Source of the DNA: Eledone cirrhosa
Taxonomy: Eukaryota
Direction of reading: 5' to 3'
DNA length: 64,000 nt
Assembly (NCBI GenBank): GCA_964016885.1
Contig: OZ024744.1
Location: forward strand, 37,076,001-37,140,000
Part shown: piece by piece, positions 60,501 to 64,000 of the stretch
Position numbering within the stretch: position 1 is the first letter of the stretch
How the letters are laid out: every line of letters begins with the position of its first letter
Translations under genes and position numbers: made by a program
Notes under the pieces: model-generated
Told to the model about the DNA's origin: nothing
Database searches by the model: none
Seen by the model: only the letters and a program-made list of their open reading frames with translations

Positions 60501-63006
60501 ACCACCAACTTCCCGTCCGGGTCCCGGAAGATCGACCTTTCCTCGAGATCCAGGCCTTTCCTAAACAGCACTGCCACCCCGTCTCCCATTCCCGGTCGGC
60601 TAACAGATGCAAAGATCTGATAGTCGTCGAAAATGGGGGCTAGTGCGCGCGTGTCGGAAATCCTGATCTCGCTGACGGCAATTACATGCATTTCTAGAGA
60701 CCTGTGGTCATTAAGCAGTTGACCCTGCTTCCAGGACGATCCCAGGCCTCGAACATTTAAACATCCTATTCTTAATACGGCCATGTTGGCAGGTTAAAAA
60801 GAGAAAGAGGAAAGATTTACTTACCTTCCGGGCGCTTGTGAAGGTCGAGTTGTTCGACCTCCATAGTTGGTGGGGTTTCTTTTGGGAACCCCTTTAAAAG
60901 TCTTAAAGTTGGTCTTACGTTCGGGGTTCCCACGACCGGATGAAAGCTGTCTCGTATTTCTTTGTATAATTCGATAGAACATTCGCACCAGAACCAAATC
61001 TTCCGGCACGCCAAATGTGCTCGATTTAAAAATGTCCCCCTCTTTTTCTATATGTTCACTTCGTGGTACGATGGCCATCAGTTCCTTGTTGGCCCTCCTG
61101 ACGAGCACAAAGTTTTGTATGTTTTGTTGGTGTGATTTTATTTGTTTGCGTGGCTGTGGTGGTGATGGTTTTGGTTGTGTTGTTTCGGTTGTGTCTGTGT
61201 TTGTTGTGAGTGTGGTGTCTGTGGTTTCAGATGTTTGTGTGTATATTTGTTCTTGCGTCTGTTTGGGTTGTTTGCGTTTTGAGGATTCTGGTGATGGTGA
61301 TGGTGGTGTTGATGTTGGTGTTATTGGAGAGATGTTTGCGTGGGTGGTGTCTGCGCTTTTTATTGTGGGTGATTTTGTGCTTTGTTGATTTTTTTTTTCT
61401 TTTTGTGTTTCCTTTTTTGTATTTTGGGGGATTTGGGTTTTCCCTCACCTTCACTACTGGTAGATGAGGGGTCTGTGTCTGTAAGTGTGTCTGTATGTAT
61501 GTTTATGGTTTTATTGGTGTGTGTATTTTGGGAGGGAGGGGGAATTTGACAGCTTTCCTCATTTCCCCCCTGGGTGGTCAATGTTGGTGGTGGTCTTTCT
61601 ATTGGTGTTGTTGATGGTGGTTTTGCCCGTGCTGGTGTAGGTTGTGGTCCTCACCCCGGCGTCGGCAGGAGTGGAGCCTTTCGACCCCTTGGCTCTTTCA
61701 GCAGTTGAGGGCAGAAGGCTCGCAAATGGGTTTATTCCCCACAAACAAAACACTGCGGCCTTTTGCCTTCGGTCATAATGTGAATGACCGTCCCATTCTG
61801 AAGGCGGATGTGGTCCGGGATTGTCTTCACATTCTCGGACCTGATCTGGAGAAGGATCTCCAGGTCAACCCCGGACCAGTCCTCTCTGGCCATTCTGGTC
61901 ACTTCTATAGGGACTGTATCCGTTCCTTCCACAATCACACATCCCAGAAGCCACCACATGTCAAGTCCTGATAGGATTCTGGGAAAGCGGCGACGGGACG
62001 TTCTTTTTCCCGTGAGGGAGGGGTACAATATGACCTTGCTGGTTTTGCAAGGAGTCATATCGTGTTTCATAGCGAGGGATTCTGACTTGAACAACACCGA
62101 AATGGTGCCGTACTGTCTGCCCCTCTCTATGTATTCGGTGTCTTCTCCGAAGCACCTCAGCGCCACTTCGACATCTTCTTGTGGGATTAAAGCTGCCCTT
62201 TTGGTTTGTGCTGAGATGCATCTATAATGCACCGTTCTGCGCTCCACTGCCTCAATAGCTTCTACCGGGACAGTTAAGTTGGCCCTGGATTGCTTCTGCT
62301 TGATGAGCTTCCATGCCTGGGCCAACTTTTCATCTTTGTTTGAGAGGTCCATGTTGAAGCATGGCCACTTTTTTTATGCTGCTGCTGCGAAAGTTTTCTT
62401 CTTGTTTTCGTTGGGGGTGTTGTTGTCGTGGTCGTTGTTCTTGTTGGTGTTGTTGTTAGCACTGTCGCTGTTATCATTGTTGACTTTGTTGACACCGTTG
62501 TTCTCGGTGCAGTTGGTATTGTTGCTGTTGGTGTTGTCGCCATTTTTTTCATGTTAGTAGTGTTGATATTGCTGTTGCATTTGTTATTTTTTTTTTATAT
62601 CTGTATTTTCGTTGTCGCTGTTACTGTCATTTTTTTAAAAATGAGAGTTCTCATTGGTATCATTGGTGTCTTTGTTTACATTGTTTATGGTGGTGTTTGT
62701 GTTATCAATTTGTGTTAATTTCGCTGTAGCGCTTCTATCAAATTCTACCTCGTTGTCGCACGACAGCCGACATATCGTTGGGGGGCGTGGCTCAGCCATG
62801 TTTTTTTTTCTCCGTATATTTTTTAACATGTAAAAAAAAAAGTTCAAATATTTTGGCCAAAAGGCCCAAATATTATACTTTCCCCTTCACAGGGCAAAGT
62901 CTAAGGGTTTATATCCCTTACACAACAATAAATATTTAACAACAAATAATTTTAACAGGCAAATAAACGACTTATTGGGAGCGAGCAAAATACGTCGGAT
63001 TAGACC
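57547..63006 (-). mobile_element. Tx1 copy T7 (family B): both ends present, ORF1 62799-60817, ORF2 60784-57790 with a ~440-bp deletion
   Basis: Colinear with T3 in the 5' UTR, ORF1 and ORF2; AYADD; 3' motif CCCTTGTGGCCAATAAA. Confidence 0.92.

Positions 63007-63039
<33 letters not shown>
63007..63039 (+). repeat. (AAT)n spacer 10
   Basis: Direct. Confidence 0.95.
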
Positions 63040-63041
<2 letters not shown>

Positions 63042-64000
63042 TTTCATTTATTGGCCACAAGGGCCGACATATAGGGGACACTACAAAAGACTGGGACAAT
63101 GGGGTTTTACAGAAAAATCGAGTAAACAATATGAATAACAATAACAAAGTAACAATAAAGTAACAATAACATTACAACAAGAAGATAATTCCCCAATAGG
63201 GGGAATGACCAACTTGGGTTCGCTCAGATACCCCACCAGTCCTGAACGAACCGACGCTTCGAGAGCACCCTGGAAGGGCACCCCTCTCCTCTTCAACTCT
63301 ACCTACCTATAGCCACATGACCAGAGTAGGCCCACTCACACGGGCCATTCTAGCCACATTCACCCACCTTTCAGCAAATGTACTGGGGGGGGGGGGCAGC
63401 ACTTCTCTCTCAACCCTCACCGTCCTTTCCAAGTGAAACTTGAAAAAGTTGATGAGGGATTGGCCGAAGAGAAAAGTGTCTGTCTTCAGTCCTTTCAACC
63501 TCGTCCACCATACAAACTCTTTCGCTACTGCCACCAGACAGGAAAATTGCCTGCTCTTCCTGGCCAAAATAAGGCGGCGGGTCGATCTTCACTATGGACT
63601 CGGTCGATAGCCGGATCCGTTCTACACGCGACAACAGCTGTTCAACATAACTCCACAAGTCAGTAATGCACGGACACTGGAAGAGTGCGTGCAGAACGGT
63701 TTCGTCGCTCTGCGCGAATCTCGGGCAGGTCCATCTGACAGCACTTCCGTGTCTGTAGAGTTTATCTCGAACCGGCAGTGCCCCCCGGTAGCACTGCCAA
63801 GCGGGGGATTTTTTGAAATTATCCATCGTCCCCGCCTCGAAAGTCCTCCGGTACAGACTGATTAGTTCTACTTCGTTGACTCCCAGAGCCTCTCCGAGTG
63901 CGTCGACGCACTTGCCCACCAATAATCCTCTATAGAACTCGAGAGTGGAAGTTCCACTTACCACATTGCCCGCCTGGCAGAGGGCAGTGAGTCACTGGCA
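63040..64000 (-). mobile_element. Tx1 copy T8 (family B), 3' end; continues beyond the window
   Basis: ORFs 63410..63964 and 63307..63567 match the T7 C-terminus; same 3' UTR. Confidence 0.9.

Noticed and set aside
12946-62227. Recurrent antisense ORFs within Tx1 and Dong copies (e.g. MTDAMYAFATSARPF)
   Set aside because: They are shadow frames of the sense ORFs, repeated only because the elements are repeated.
20110-63039. CRISPR-like or telomeric array
   Set aside because: The repeats are variable-length microsatellites and the spacers are kb-sized retrotransposons. No cas genes or TTAGGG arrays are present.
57775-63315. TAG|GTAGGT donor-like motif after the ORF2 stop in T7 and T8
   Set aside because: It is absent from families A and C, so it is not conserved like the ORF1-end donor.

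Overview
Repeat-saturated, AT-rich animal genomic DNA. A cephalopod (Octopus-like) origin is inferred from a tRNA-SINE at ~14.4 kb and the extreme (TA)n/(CA)n density. I found no host gene. The left ~19 kb is a patchwork of (TA)n/(CA)n microsatellites with decayed retroelement pieces: RTE-like 3' ends, three Penelope-like elements (one Naiad-type, one Neptune-type), hammerhead-ribozyme termini, a CRE-like 3' end, a SINE and one solo Tx1 fragment. From ~19 kb to the window end the sequence is an almost gap-free array of non-LTR retrotransposons separated by ten (AAT)n tracts that all read AAT on the + strand. It holds eight Tx1/L1-clade copies (APE endonuclease, at least 3 families, all on -) and four R4/Dong-clade copies (restriction-like endonuclease, 2 families, all on +), one with an open 1130-aa ORF. 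Main leads: (1) two unrelated endonuclease classes share one microsatellite target with strictly opposite polarity; (2) a perfect AG|GTAAGT splice donor sits at the ORF1 end in all five Tx1 ORF1/ORF2 junctions, with acceptors 51-59 nt downstream that would fuse ORF1 to ORF2 in four of them; (3) two divergent Dong families share a 5' leader that resembles the Tx1 5' UTRs. All alignments and identity statements were made by eye.
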